A stretch of 63,115 nt of DNA, filler included, from Thraustochytrium aureum (lineage: Eukaryota), in the NCBI GenBank assembly GCA_012862495.1. It is 6 parts of 3 records of this genome, joined end to end, with 100 filler letters (N's around TTAATTAATTAA, not from the genome) between each part and the next. Parts side by side here need not be neighbours in the genome. Positions count along the whole stretch, not along the records: positions 21,983 to 50,148 come from BLSG01000146.1; 5 more parts are not named here. One strand, 5' to 3'. How positions within the stretch are numbered: the first letter of the stretch is position 1; the number at the start of each line of letters is the position of its first letter. Below, piece after piece: positions 36,451 through 48,526 of this stretch. The position numbers and the translations under genes are program-made. The notes below the pieces were generated by a model. The model saw only the letters and a program-made list of their open reading frames with translations. It made no database searches and was not told where the DNA came from.

Positions 36451-37156
36451 CGTAGTACGTCTGGCGGGACTGGCCCTCGGCGGACGCATGAAACATGAGG
36501 ATGGACGCACCCGCAACTGCGAAGAGCGAACCGATTCCGTGCGTCAGCGCATTTAATATCTCTTCGAAGACGTTGTTGCCGTCGTCGTGGATCTTGAACG
36601 CGGTTCCGCACTTGCAGTGGCTCTCCGTCATAGCCTTGCGGAGTTCGTTGACGGCTGAAAACCCGAGCTGGTTGTTCGTCAGATCGAGGCTGGTCAGCGA
36701 GCTGTTGTTGCGGAGCGACTCGGAAAACTCGCCGTCCTCGAGCGCAGGGCTGATCCCTGGGTTGTTGGCGAGATTGAGGGTTTCCAGGCTTTTGCTGTTG
36801 CGGACGGCCCTGACAATCTCTGCGGCCCCAAAGCGGCTGAGCCCCACGGCTGCGAGGTCGATGTACTTGAGCTTGGGGCACAAATCGATCAGCTTGGCGA
36901 TCACGCGTGCATTGGCGTCAGCGAGGTGGGACTTGTTATTGTTGTTGCTGGCGCGCTTGATGCGCAGCACTTCGAGGCGGTCGCGCAGCGTTTTGTCCGC
37001 TGGGCTCTCGCCCTTGGTCACCATCAACAGAAGCGGCAGCAGGGAGTACTCGTTCGAGGCCTTGATGAACGACCATTCCGTCTCGAGGCTCGTCAGCACA
37101 CTCGGATCCACGGCACACCCAGAGCGCTCGCACCACTTGACGTACGAAGTCTCCAT
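36451..37156 (-). CDS. RNI-like leucine-rich-repeat domain fused to a hemolysin III (HlyIII/PAQR) membrane domain; 3' end lies in a gap
   Basis: LKYIDL, LETLNLANNPGI and LTSLDLTNNQLG repeats, followed by the HlyIII start EEILNALTHGIGSLFAVAG. Confidence 0.85.
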
Positions 37157-37980
37157 CCTTCCCCGTCAGGGTCGCCGCCCAGCAGCGCCTAGATAGAGCT
37201 TGGCTTCAGCAACTGGCTGCGAGACGGCCTGCCCGCGGAGCGTCACCAAGTGCCTTGGCACTGATCAATCCACTTCGCGCTTGCGTTCCTGGGCCACTCG
37301 ATCGCGCTGGTGTGGTACCACGCTCGAGCCACTGGCCAGCCCGGCTAGGATGCTGCTGGAGGCGTCCGGCTGTGGCTTTGCTTTCGAGCACCACCACAGC
37401 ATCTATCTCGCACACACACCATTGGAAAGGAGTAATCAACTTCACAATGCCGCTGCCCGACACCATCCGCAACAAAATTCCAAGGCCTGTGCGACACCAT
37501 CAGCAACAAATTCATGGCCCTGACCAAATAATGAGAAAACATGACCTCGAGCACCATCGGGCGCCCGGGCCCTCTCCAGCGAGCCTCCTCCGTGGCGCAG
37601 CGAGACGCCGCTGTTGGCGGCAGGCGCTGCCAGGCCCAGTATGGCTCGGCAGCGCCGTTTCGTTCATCTTTTCGAGGTCGCGCGCCGCCCGCCCCTTTTT
37701 GCGTAGCGCAGCATCACGCCAACAACCTGGAGGAGTCAGGACCTGCCGCAGCGACAGACGACCGTCCTCGACCTGGGCTCGTGGCGAACGAGGCCTTCTG
37801 CTGATGGGAATGGTGGGAGAGCCGGAGCGCTGGTGCTTGCGGGTTTTCGAGCGCGCGATTTGTTTTGATTTGTTCGCTGGCAGGCAGGCTCGTAACGGTC
37901 AAACGTGAAAAAGTTGCTCCCTTCGCCGTGGCAGAACGGCATCGAGAAGCTGGGCGGCGGACGGCGAGGACGTGTAGGGG

Positions 37981-38526
37981 ATGGAGGTCGGGTCGGATGT
38001 GCCGTTCAGGCCGCTCCCTCGCGGGTACGCGCAGAGCGAGTCGTCGACGAGCAAAGGGCTCCAGATGTGCCTGCACTTCAACGTGTACCTGTCGGCCATG
38101 TACGGCCTCCTTGAGACTGTCGTGCTCGTGCACAAGCTGAAGACGTACGAGCTGGACGTGTTTGGTCAGGTCCTTTCGCCGCTCACGTTTGGGCTCTGGG
38201 CCTCGGCGGAGGTCTTTCGGCTGTGGTTCGGATACACGGGCAACTTGCAGGAGAAGCTGCCGCAGATGTCAGTGTTCTTCCTCCTGTCTGTGTTCCCGCA
38301 GCTGCCGTGCCTCTTGTACTTGATGCAGCTCCAGTCGCTGCAGCTCCCGCTCGAGCGGATAGGCGGGTACCTGGTTTTCTCGCTGACGGCGGCAGAACTC
38401 GTAGTCACCTACCGGGCAGTCCGAGGATTGGTGCGCAAGCAAACACGGAGCTACGTGCGCCTTTTGGAGGAGGAAGACGCCGCGGCTGCGCCCGTGCCGC
38501 GCGGCTCCAAAGCAAGCATTGCCTAA
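37981..38526 (+). CDS. TMEM17: Ciliary transition-zone protein TMEM17 (Transmemb_17 family)
   Basis: LQMCLHFNVY and EVFRLWFGYTGNLQEKLPQMSVFFLLSVFPQLP; four TM helices; 181 aa. Confidence 0.85.
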   Translation: MEVGSDVPFRPLPRGYAQSESSTSKGLQMCLHFNVYLSAMYGLLETVVLVHKLKTYELDVFGQVLSPLTFGLWASAEVFRLWFGYTGNLQEKLPQMSVFFLLSVFPQLPCLLYLMQLQSLQLPLERIGGYLVFSLTAAELVVTYRAVRGLVRKQTRSYVRLLEEEDAAAAPVPRGSKASIA

Positions 38527-38657
38527 TCAATCCTCTGGCGAGCCTGTAAAAGTTTGTTTTTCTTTTCGATTGCGATTTCTGCTCGAACCAAAGCAGAGTG
38601 TTTGTGCGTTTTGAACGGGATGCCCACGAGCGAGCAAGCGGGACCAATCACACCTGA

Positions 38658-41600
38658 TCAACCCGTAAACTCTGAGAGCGCGCCCAGCACGCGCGGAAAC
38701 GCCTCTCGCACTGCGCGCTGCGTGGTGTGCGTGCCGTTCATCACTTTGTACAACACAGACGTCGAGATGCCCATCCGATCTGCACAGCCCCGGATTGTCA
38801 AGTTGTACTTTGCTTGGTACGCCGAAAGCGCTGCCGCAATCTTGCGACGTGGCAACATTTTTAGCGGCTCCGCAGCATGCGTACTGGCACTCTGGATGCT
38901 TTCCTCTCGAACCTTCGCTGGCACCTTGCTGCTCATGAGCTGCGCTTTGCGCGGGAGCGGGCACTTCCACTGAAGCAGGACAAGGGTGGCTTTGACGATC
39001 AGGTCGCGGTCAAGCGCGGTCGACCGAAATGCGGGCTCCTTCTCCACAAGAGACTCAATGCGTTCCTTCGACGCGCTAGCACCGTCGAGTTCGCTAATGA
39101 GTGGAAACACCGGCGTCCCACTCGTCCGGGCGCGCTTGCGTGGCGGCAAAACTTGCAAAGCCCTGGAACTCTCGCCGTTTGCGGCGCTTGGCTGGATATC
39201 GCCCCCAGCTCCCGGCGGCAAGTTTGAGGTTTCAAGGCGGCTCGGCTTCTCTCGAACGACAAACGCGGTTCCCGACTTGGCGATCTGAAGCTCGCTCGGG
39301 CTCGCTGTACTGCGTCGCGCTCCCGGGGCGGGCAGGTGGGGCGACAAAGCAGCAGCGTCTGCGCTCCCTACCTGTGTTGCCCCAGCGTAGCGCCTTTGGA
39401 TCCGGGTCACACTGGGTGCCGCATCTTCGTCCAGCTGCATGTTGCCATCGCTGCCCCCGCCTAGTTCCTCACGGCCACTGCCACCCAGATCGCTCTCCTC
39501 GTCGCTGTCCCGCTCGCTCTCGCTATCACCATCATCGGGCCCGCTCTTGCCTGCGTTGCTGGCTGCGACAGGGCGTTTGTGATGCCCCGCGGGACTGTAA
39601 GTGTGAGCTGGTCCACAAGCTATGCGTTGCCTTTCGAGGCGCTCCTCGAGCCCGGTAAGCCACGCGACGAGACGAGCGTGCTGTTGCCTGACGAGGGTAA
39701 CGTAGTCGTCAACGACGCCCCTCACCTTCAAGGCCGACGCAGCGAGCTTCCAAAACTGCCAGTCACCGAGCGCGATCTGGGATTGCATCACGTCCGTGAG
39801 GTCCCTCGAAACGCTCTCGTACAGCGACGATAGCTCCGGGGGATCCACCCTGCGCTCGACGATCATGGTGGTGAACCATTCAGAGAGCGTGACGCTAAGC
39901 CGGCATTGAATGATGCTCATGTGGTCGATCCGCTCGAGCCAGGTCTTGGCAACGAAAGGCTCTGCGATCCGCTGCGTCTTCGAAACTTGTTGCAAAGTTG
40001 TGCACATGAGGCGCAAGGCGCAGCGCACCTGGACTCGCAGGCGTACCTGGTCGATGGGGACTTGCGTGAGGTCCACGCTGGCAGGGTTGAATTTTGGCCT
40101 GCGTCGCTGGCGCAGCCAGTGACGGAAAGCTTTGACCACGAGCCCACGGTTCGGGATGTCGACACCAGCAAGCCACCCCGCAATGTCCTCCGTCGGGATG
40201 TAGAGAATGCACTTCCACCCGGCCGCCGTTAGAGAATGATCGGAGGCAGCGCGTTTAATTTCTCTGCGGAGCTCTCCCTCCGACATAGAGTTGTCAAACT
40301 CCTCTTCAGGGCGGATCACCGACAGGTTTAGTTTGTCCAAGTCCTCGAGGCGGGCACAGAGGTATCCCGCGGCGTTGCTCGAGGGTGGCGGAGAGGGCAC
40401 GGAGGCCGTCTCGACGATCCTCGGCGCCATCGCGGAGGAGCTTGTCGACGAAGACGATGCGCGATTGCAACTCTGGCTTGATGCAGCGGAGTTGCCCGTC
40501 GCGGCAGAGGCAGAGACAATACGATGACCCGGTGCAATCACCGGGCTCGCTTTGACGATCTCAATCCTCGGATCGACAGCTGAAAGCGGGCAAGTCTCGG
40601 TCATGGCCACGAAGGCCCCAGCGAGCGTCGCTGTGAACGAGACGGTGAACGTGGCGTTCTTGTCCACGAGCGGGCCATCTCGTGTGATCCTGAAGAACAC
40701 CTTGTCGCGTTTGGCGAGGCGAGAGATTCGCGGCCTGCTTTTGCCGGTCATTGCCCGTGCTTGCAAGTTGTGCCCCGTCCACGCCGTGCCGCCCAAGGAG
40801 ACGTCGACCTGAAAGTCGCCTCGAGGGAGCCCCAGTGGCTCCCGGTCGTTCGGGAAGCACAGCTGCAGCTCGACAGCCAAACACTTGCCGTACAGGTCGT
40901 GCTCAAGTTGGTGCACCTCTTTGAGCACCCTGAGCTCGATTGGAGCCATCGCGACCGGACTACGACCATTCTTGGCCTCGTCTCGAAGCCTGCGTGCGGG
41001 CGCGCCTGAGCCAGCGGTGGCAGGTTTCGTCTTGCCAGGTCGTTGATCTGGGGCAGCGAGGGGAGCTTCTGGCTGCGGGCCTTGCGGAGCGGCCTTGAAG
41101 CTCTCGGAACCGAAACGTAGGAGACTTGGCTAAACCGACCTCACGGTCGCAGCCTGCGAGCTTGAAGAGGATCCAGAAGTTGACGAAGCCACCTGTGCTG
41201 CCGAATGGGTTCTGAAGGCGAAAAGTAAACTCCGCACCGGCCGGCCAACAGATGCACGGGTTCACGGCTTCCGTGAACGAAACATGTCGAGAGAGAAGCC
41301 CGTTTGGCACGGTACCCCTTTTATCGGCTCCTTTGTCAAAATAGCCCAACGAGAGATGGACCGGGACCGGCGCCGCCGCGAGTTGCCGCTCGAGCTTGCC
41401 GTGAATGTCACCGGTCAAGCGTAAGGTTGTGCGGATCGAGACAGCGCTCTTGCTTCGCTGGAGGATCTTGAATGCAACGACCTGAAGAGCGGCGCTACAC
41501 GAGGCTCCGTCCCCCTGATGGCCTTTCCTCGCGGCTTTGGCCTCGCTTTGCGTGTTGATTGGGACGCCCAACTCGTGCTTGACAACGCGTGCAACAGGAG

Positions 41601-41720
41601 GATTTCGGCGGACCGCTGCGGCGGGCTCTGTCACAGGCGAAGCGTCTTCATCAGAGCTCGACTCGATCACCAAGACTGTCCGCGTCACCGAGCCCACCCT
41701 CTCCTCGTCGATGCGGCAGT
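38658..41720 (-). CDS. Uncharacterised protein with two predicted beta-rich domains and a C-terminal helix-turn-helix; frameshift between 41129 and 40963; 5' end in a gap
   Basis: ORF 38658-40949 is open upstream to about 41129, overlapping ORF 40960-41720. C-terminus contains YNLTIRGCADRMGISTSVLYKVMNG. Confidence 0.7.
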
Positions 41721-42611
41721 NNNNNNNNNNNNNNNNNNNNNNNNNNNNNNNNNNNNNNNNNNNNNNNNNNNNNNNNNNNNNNNNNNNNNNNNNNNNNNNN
41801 NNNNNNNNNNNNNNNNNNNNNNNNNNNNNNNNNNNNNNNNNNNNNNNNNNNNNNNNNNNNNNNNNNNNNNNNNNNNNNNNNNNNNNNNNNNNNNNNNNNN
41901 NNNNNNNNNNNNNNNNNNNNNNNNNNNNNNNNNNNNNNNNNNNNNNNNNNNNNNNNNNNNNNNNNNNNNNNNNNNNNNNNNNNNNNNNNNNNNNNNNNNN
42001 NNNNNNNNNNNNNNNNNNNNNNNNNNNNNNNNNNNNNNNNNNNNNNNNNNNNNNNNNNNNNNNNNNNNNNNNNNNNNNNNNNNNNNNNNNNNNNNNNNNN
42101 NNNNNNNNNNNNNNNNNNNNNNNNNNNNNNNNNNNNNNNNNNNNNNNNNNNNNNNNNNNNNNNNNNNNNNNNNNNNNNNNNNNNNNNNNNNNNNNNNNNN
42201 NNNNNNNNNNNNNNNNNNNNNNNNNNNNNNNNNNNNNNNNNNNNNNNNNNNNNNNNNNNNNNNNNNNNNNNNNNNNNNNNNNNNNNNNNNNNNNNNNNNN
42301 NNNNNNNNNNNNNNNNNNNNNNNNNNNNNNNNNNNNNNNNNNNNNNNNNNNNNNNNNNNNNNNNNNNNNNNNNNNNNNNNNNNNNNNNNNNNNNNNNNNN
42401 NNNNNNNNNNNNNNNNNNNNNNNNNNNNNNNNNNNNNNNNNNNNNNNNNNNNNNNNNNNNNNNNNNNNNNNNNNNNNNNNNNNNNNNNNNNNNNNNNNNN
42501 NNNNNNNNNNNNNNNNNNNNNNNNNNNNNNNNNNNNNNNNNNNNNNNNNNNNNNNNNNNNNNNNNNNNNNNNNNNNNNNNNNNNNNNNNNNNNNNNNNNN
42601 NNNNNNNNNNN

Positions 42612-44359
42612 TTTTCGGAACTTCAAAGCAGCTTGCAGTCGGCCCCGTCGCGATCGTGGCGCTGCTCATCTCTGAAGCGATCGAGAGCCAAGGCCTGCAC
42701 ACGGACGAGGACAAGGTCCAGTTCGCCTTCGTTTTGGCGTTCATGGTCGGCCTCCTCAGCGCTTTGCTGGGCCTCATTCGCGCCGGTCTTTTGAGCACCT
42801 TCCTGTCGCACAGCGTGCTGGTCGGCTTCACGGGCGGGGCCGCTGTGGTGATCGCGCTGAGCCAGCTCAAGCACCTGTTGGGCTTTGACATCCCCAAGTC
42901 GCCGTTCCCGATTGAGACGCTGTTTTACGCGCTGGGCCACCTCGGGGATACCAATCCGGCAACAGTGACGATGGGGATCGTTGGCATCGTGATTTTGTTC
43001 GGGCTTCGCGTGGTAAAGCGCAAATGGACAGCGCCGGTGAGCGCCGAGGCGGCCAAGGGGAGGTCGCCAGGGTCCGTTCGCGCAGAAAACATCGCCCGCA
43101 AGGTGCTCGCATTTGTTTGCAGCATGAGCGCACTTGAGGTTGTGATCCTCGGCACGGTCGTCACGACGTACATGTACCGCGAGCGTGGCTACACAAACGA
43201 GACGCTGCCAATCGTAGGCGATGTCCCGAGCGGCTTCCCCGCCCCCTCCGTGCCCGAGCTCAGCACCATCGGCAATTCCTTTGGCAATGTTTTTGTCACC
43301 GCGCTCGTGATCACCATCCTCGGGTTCATGGAGTCGTTCGCAGTGGCGGACCGGTACAGCCGCAAGCTCGGGTACTCTGTAGACGCCAATCAGGAGCTGG
43401 TTGCGTTGGGGCTGGCGAACCTTTTCGGATCGTTCTTCAACTCGTTCCCGGTCACGGGTGGATTTTCGCGCACAGCCGTGAACGAAGGCTCTGGCGCGAA
43501 CACACCAGTGGCGTCGCTCATCAGCAGCTTGATCGTTCTGTTCGTGGTCCTTTTGCTGACGTCGCTGTTCTACTTCATGCCCAAGAACATCCTGGCCGCG
43601 ATCGTTTTTGTGGCTGTCAGCTCGCTGTTCGACTTTCACGCTGTCACAATGTCCTGGAAGGTGGCCAGATCAGACTTTTGGGTCATCGTCACCACGTTTT
43701 TGGCCACTGTGTGCTTGGGAACCGAGATCGGCCTTGCGATCGGTTTTGGGGCGAGCGTGCTCCTCCTGTTGCACCAGCTCGCGTTCCCGCACATGGCTGT
43801 CCTCGCCCCTGTCGAGTCGGGCGCCACGCGCGAGCTCCTGTTCCGCAACGTGGAGCGGTTTCCGCGCGCCGTGCGCATCCCTGGCGTGCTCATCTTTCGT
43901 GTGGACGCCTCGTTCAACTTTGCCAACAAAACCAACGTGCTCGATCGCCTTTACAAGGAGATTGACGCAACCGACTTTTCGGCGGCCTCCGAGTACAGTC
44001 CGGGCGTCGTCCTCTCGTGCGAGGGGATCAACTCGATAGACGTCTCTGGGCTGGAGGCGCTCGTCGAGCTGCGAAACTTTCTCGTGGGGAAGGGTGCGAG
44101 CTTGGTGGGGGCCAGCGTCAAGGGCCCCGTGCGCGACGCGATTGACAAGCAGAACGAGTATGCCAAGCACCACGGCCTTGCCCAGCTCCTGCCTTGGCCG
44201 CGCAAGGCTGCTTCAGGCAGTACCTCGGGCGAGGTGGCTTTTCCTGCTTCGTTCATGGTCGCCAGCATTGACGAAGGCCTGCAGCTTTTGCGCCGTGCGC
44301 GCTCTTCGTCGAGCGGCAGCACAGAGGTGTCTCACGACACCAAACTCTCTATCTTGTAG
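42612..44359 (+). CDS. SLC26/SulP sulfate/anion transporter with STAS domain; 5' end in a gap
   Basis: FGTSKQLAVGPVA, FLSHSVLVGFTGGAA, NQELVALGLAN..GGFSRTAVN; STAS motifs IFRVDASFNFAN and IDVSGL. Confidence 0.96.
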
Positions 44360-44548
44360 TTCCGTTTTGTTTCAAAAAAGAAAGCCATTTGCTTGCTCGT
44401 CTTCGCTTGGGCCTGCGGCGCGTGTGGGAACTTAAGCAGGTTTCGTGCTTGCATTAGCCACCCAAGTGCAGCACCAACGCCCATGCGAACCGCGCGCCCC
44501 CAAAATCGAACTGCCTTACTCAGGCTACCTACTTGCCCAGGTGCTCAC

Positions 44549-44713
44549 TCAACTCTTCCCCGGTGCGTCCTCCTGATCATCGTCGCCCATGATGTGATCG
44601 ATCTCCCGAGTTGAGGCGGCAAGACGTCCTGTCCTGTTGATCGTCTCGTTCGTTAGCACCCAAAGTGCGACAAACCACTCTTCTTCTCCGACGACCGACT
44701 CACTGATCAGACT
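44549..44713 (-). CDS. Possible C-terminal fragment of an unknown protein emerging from a gap
   Basis: Open frame SLISESVVGEEEWFVALWVLTNET...EDAPGKS*; short and not assignable. Confidence 0.25.
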   Translation of the reverse strand, partial: SLISESVVGEEEWFVALWVLTNETINRTGRLAASTREIDHIMGDDDQEDAPGKS

Positions 44714-45495
44714 NNNNNNNNNNNNNNNNNNNNNNNNNNNNNNNNNNNNNNNNNNNNNNNNNNNNNNNNNNNNNNNNNNNNNNNNNNNNNNNNNNNNNNN
44801 NNNNNNNNNNNNNNNNNNNNNNNNNNNNNNNNNNNNNNNNNNNNNNNNNNNNNNNNNNNNNNNNNNNNNNNNNNNNNNNNNNNNNNNNNNNNNNNNNNNN
44901 NNNNNNNNNNNNNNNNNNNNNNNNNNNNNNNNNNNNNNNNNNNNNNNNNNNNNNNNNNNNNNNNNNNNNNNNNNNNNNNNNNNNNNNNNNNNNNNNNNNN
45001 NNNNNNNNNNNNNNNNNNNNNNNNNNNNNNNNNNNNNNNNNNNNNNNNNNNNNNNNNNNNNNNNNNNNNNNNNNNNNNNNNNNNNNNNNNNNNNNNNNNN
45101 NNNNNNNNNNNNNNNNNNNNNNNNNNNNNNNNNNNNNNNNNNNNNNNNNNNNNNNNNNNNNNNNNNNNNNNNNNNNNNNNNNNNNNNNNNNNNNNNNNNN
45201 NNNNNNNNNNNNNNNNNNNNNNNNNNNNNNNNNNNNNNNNNNNNNNNNNNNNNNNNNNNNNNNNNNNNNNNNNNNNNNNNNNNNNNNNNNNNNNNNNNNN
45301 NNNNNNNNNNNNNNNNNNNNNNNNNNNNNNNNNNNNNNNNNNNNNNNNNNNNNNNNNNNNNNNNNNNNNNNNNNNNNNNNNNNNNNNNNNNNNNNNNNNN
45401 NNNNNNNNNNNNNNNNNNNNNNNNNNNNNNNNNNNNNNNNNNNNNNNNNNNNNNNNNNNNNNNNNNNNNNNNNNNNNNNNNNNNNNNNNNNNNNN

Positions 45496-45783
45496 CAGTC
45501 CGCCAAAGAATCAAGCTGCGGGTGCGCTGGCGTGTTTACTGGCCACGCGGCGCTCGAGCTGTACGCCGAGGCTTTTGACAGCGTCGGCGCCCTCGAGCAT
45601 TTCAACGCCTTTGCGAGCCAGAACGGGCCGGACTTTTACGGCCTGCCGCGCAACGCCGGGGAGGTGACCCTCGTCAAGTCGCCCACCAAGGTGCCCGCAG
45701 CGCTCAAATTTGGACCTGGTGAGCTGCTCATCCCGCTGCGCGCGGGCGAGGAGGTCGCCTGGACCCTGCTGGACCGTGCCTGA
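45496..45783 (+). CDS. pyrC: Dihydroorotase, class II (homodimeric E. coli/plant PyrC type), C-terminal fragment
   Basis: [54 protein letters not shown]. Confidence 0.9.
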   Translation, partial: QSAKESSCGCAGVFTGHAALELYAEAFDSVGALEHFNAFASQNGPDFYGLPRNAGEVTLVKSPTKVPAALKFGPGELLIPLRAGEEVAWTLLDRA

Positions 45784-45974
45784 GCCCAACAAACGCTTTT
45801 CTCGCCTGACCTGAATGAAAAAGTGCATGCGGCTTGTTCTCGCGGCGAACGCTGTTGGCCTTCTGCTTTGAAACTTTCTATTTCAAATGACAAGATAAAT
45901 CGAAAGAAAGGCGGGGCCATCCACGGCGAGGAAGCAAGGGTGCAACAACGAAGCCCACTCTTGTGCATTGGTAT

Positions 45975-47480
45975 TTACTCTGCCTTGCTCTTCTTCTTGG
46001 CGGACTTGTCCTCCTCGTCCGCCTTGCGCTTCTTCTCCTTCTTGGCCGACTTTTCCTTCTTCTCCTTCTTCTCCTTTTTCTCCTTCTTGTCCTTCTTTGA
46101 GGACGTTGCTGGGGCGGGTGTCGCGTCGCCGTCCTCGTTGTCGCTGTCGGCTTGCTTGGCCTTCTTCGCGGGGGTCTCGAAAGCCGCGGGCGCGTCTGAG
46201 GCAGCCTCGGTGGAGGTGGCGGTTGCGGACGGTCCCGCGATGATGGCCTGGTTAATCCAGTCCTTGGGGGTCTTGTCGTTGCTGCGACCATACTTGTCGA
46301 GGAGCCCCTCCTTGATCATGGCCTTCTTCTTGGTGGCCACTGGGCCCAGGCTCCAGCGGCGCGGGTACGTGTCGCGCTCCATGATGACGCGCTTAATCTT
46401 GGCCACGACGCCGTGGTCAACAGTCGCCATGACCGCGGTGGTCATCTCGGCGATGGCGAGGCAGACGGCCTCGCCCTTCGTGGTGACGATGACCACCTCC
46501 TCGCCGTTGCCAATGTCGTCGCTGAACCGGAGCACGCCGGGAATGAGCAGCTTGGCGCCGTAGCAGATCGCGTTGACGGCAGAGTCCTTGATGATGATGC
46601 GCTTGAGGCCCGTGAGGAGGCCCTCCAGGGGGCGCACGACGCGGCGCAGGTACGTCTCGTCCTTGTGGTTGTCGAACTGGTACTGGGCGTCCAGGACGTC
46701 GTGCATGGTCACGAGGCCGTCGTTCTCGCTGACGGCGCCAGACCGCACGCGACGGAGCTCCTGCATGTGCGCCCCGGTGCCCGTGAGGAGACCAAGGTGC
46801 ACGCACAGGGTCCGGATGTAGGTCCCGGCCTGGCACGAGACCCAGAACACGCCCAGCTGGCGCTTGTCGTCGTACTCGATCAGCTTGGACTTGTAGATGG
46901 TGCGGATGCGGAGCTGGCGCTTGACAGCCGAGATGAGCGGCGGGCGCTGGAACAGCGCGCCCGTCAGCGTCTCGATGGCCTGGCCCAGCTTGGCCTCCGA
47001 CTCAATCGCAGAGTGCAGCCGCACGACGGCGACGTACTCTTTACCGGCCGACTGCTGCGACTTGACGAGGCGCGTGGCGCGGTCGATGCACACGATAAGG
47101 CACCCGGTCACCTTGGGGTCGAGAGTGCCCGAGTGGCCGGTCTTCTCCACGCGCAGGATGCGGCGCGTCCAGGCGACCACCTCATGGCTCGAAGGGTTGG
47201 CCGGCTTGTCCAGGTTGATGAACCCATACTGCACATAGTCCTTGATCGGCCGCTTAAGCGGGTTGTGCCCGCACGGGATGGGCGTGTACCGCGACGTGCG
47301 AATGTTGAGCTTGTCAAAGTTCTTCAGCAGCAGCGGCCAGTCCGAGGCGTCCAGTTCGGGCGTCTCATCGGAGGGCTCCACGACAAAGTTGCCTTTCACC
47401 TGCTTCTCGCCCACCGCGCCGCCATCCTCCCCGCTGGCGCCCTTCCTCTTCTTCGTCGAGGACGCGCTGTTCTTGCCCAT
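45975..47480 (-). CDS. DKC1: Dyskerin / Cbf5, H/ACA RNP pseudouridine synthase
   Basis: [39 protein letters not shown] domain and KKE-repeat tail; complete, 501 aa. Confidence 0.98.
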   Translation of the reverse strand: MGKNSASSTKKRKGASGEDGGAVGEKQVKGNFVVEPSDETPELDASDWPLLLKNFDKLNIRTSRYTPIPCGHNPLKRPIKDYVQYGFINLDKPANPSSHEVVAWTRRILRVEKTGHSGTLDPKVTGCLIVCIDRATRLVKSQQSAGKEYVAVVRLHSAIESEAKLGQAIETLTGALFQRPPLISAVKRQLRIRTIYKSKLIEYDDKRQLGVFWVSCQAGTYIRTLCVHLGLLTGTGAHMQELRRVRSGAVSENDGLVTMHDVLDAQYQFDNHKDETYLRRVVRPLEGLLTGLKRIIIKDSAVNAICYGAKLLIPGVLRFSDDIGNGEEVVIVTTKGEAVCLAIAEMTTAVMATVDHGVVAKIKRVIMERDTYPRRWSLGPVATKKKAMIKEGLLDKYGRSNDKTPKDWINQAIIAGPSATATSTEAASDAPAAFETPAKKAKQADSDNEDGDATPAPATSSKKDKKEKKEKKEKKEKSAKKEKKRKADEEDKSAKKKSKAE

Positions 47481-48118
47481 CGCCTCGACCTGCGCGCAGC
47501 TCCTCCCNNNNNNNNNNNNNNNNNNNNNNNNNNNNNNNNNNNNNNNNNNNNNNNNNNNNNNNNNNNNNNNNNNNNNNNNNNNNNNNNNNNNNNNNNNNNN
47601 NNNNNNNNNNNNNNNNNNNNNNNNNNNNNNNNNNNNNNNNNNNNNNNNNNNNNNNNNNNNNNNNNNNNNNNNNNNNNNNNNNNNNNNNNNNNNNNNNNNN
47701 NNNNNNNNNNNNNNNNNNNNNNNNNNNNNNNNNNNNNNNNNNNNNNNNNNNNNNNNNNNNNNNNNNNNNNNNNNNNNNNNNNNNNNNNNNNNNNNNNNNN
47801 NNNNNNNNNNNNNNNNNNNNNNNNNNNNNNNNNNNNNNNNNNNNNNNNNNNNNNNNNNNNNNNNNNNNNNNNNNNNNNNNNNNNNNNNNNNNNNNNNNNN
47901 NNNNNNNNNNNNNNNNNNNNNNNNNNNNNNNNNNNNNNNNNNNNNNNNNNNNNNNNNNNNNNNNNNNNNNNNNNNNNNNNNNNNNNNNNNNNNNNNNNNN
48001 NNNNNNNNNNNNNNNNNNNNNNNNNNNNNNNNNNNNNNNNNNNNNNNNNNNNNNNNNNNNNNNNNNNNNNNNNNNNNNNNNNNNNNNNNNNNNNNNNNNN
48101 NNNNNNNNNNNNNNNNNN

Positions 48119-48333
48119 GATTTGATCAGTTCGTTGGGAACGAGAAGGAACCCGACTTGGGAACGAGAAGGAACCCGATTTGATCAGGACTCGCTGTTTG
48201 TTCGTTGGGAACGAGAAGGAACTCGATTTGATCAGGACTCGCTGCTTGTTCGCTGGGAACGACGAGGAACCCGATTTGATCAGGAGTTCGCTGGGAACGA
48301 CGAGGAACCCGATTTGCTCGTCCGTCGGGAACG
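48119..48333. repeat. Degenerate repeat array with core TGGGAACGA(GA/CG)AGGAAC(C/T)CGA(T/C)TTG, five copies with periods of about 22-48 bp
   Basis: Cores near 48136, 48158, 48206, 48254 and 48292, separated by related ATCAGGACTCGCTG(T/C)TTGTTCG spacers; the array abuts a gap. Confidence 0.9.
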
Positions 48334-48526
48334 CATTTGACGCGCAGTGCAACTCGAGAGCAGAGCAGACACGCTTCGAAGAGGGGCAAGTGCGGCAGGG
48401 CAGAGCGGCGCAGGGCGGGAGGGGCGTGCACGCGCGTCGCATTGGTGGCGCAGCAGAGAGCGCCGGCGGAGGTCTCGAATCACCGGGCGGCCGGGCGGCC
48501 GGGTGGCGTTCTCCAGGCTCGCGGCG

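Noticed and set aside
48119..48333. CRISPR-like appearance of repeats with spacers
   Set aside because: Spacers are homologous to one another and of irregular length, there are no cas genes, and the context is eukaryotic.
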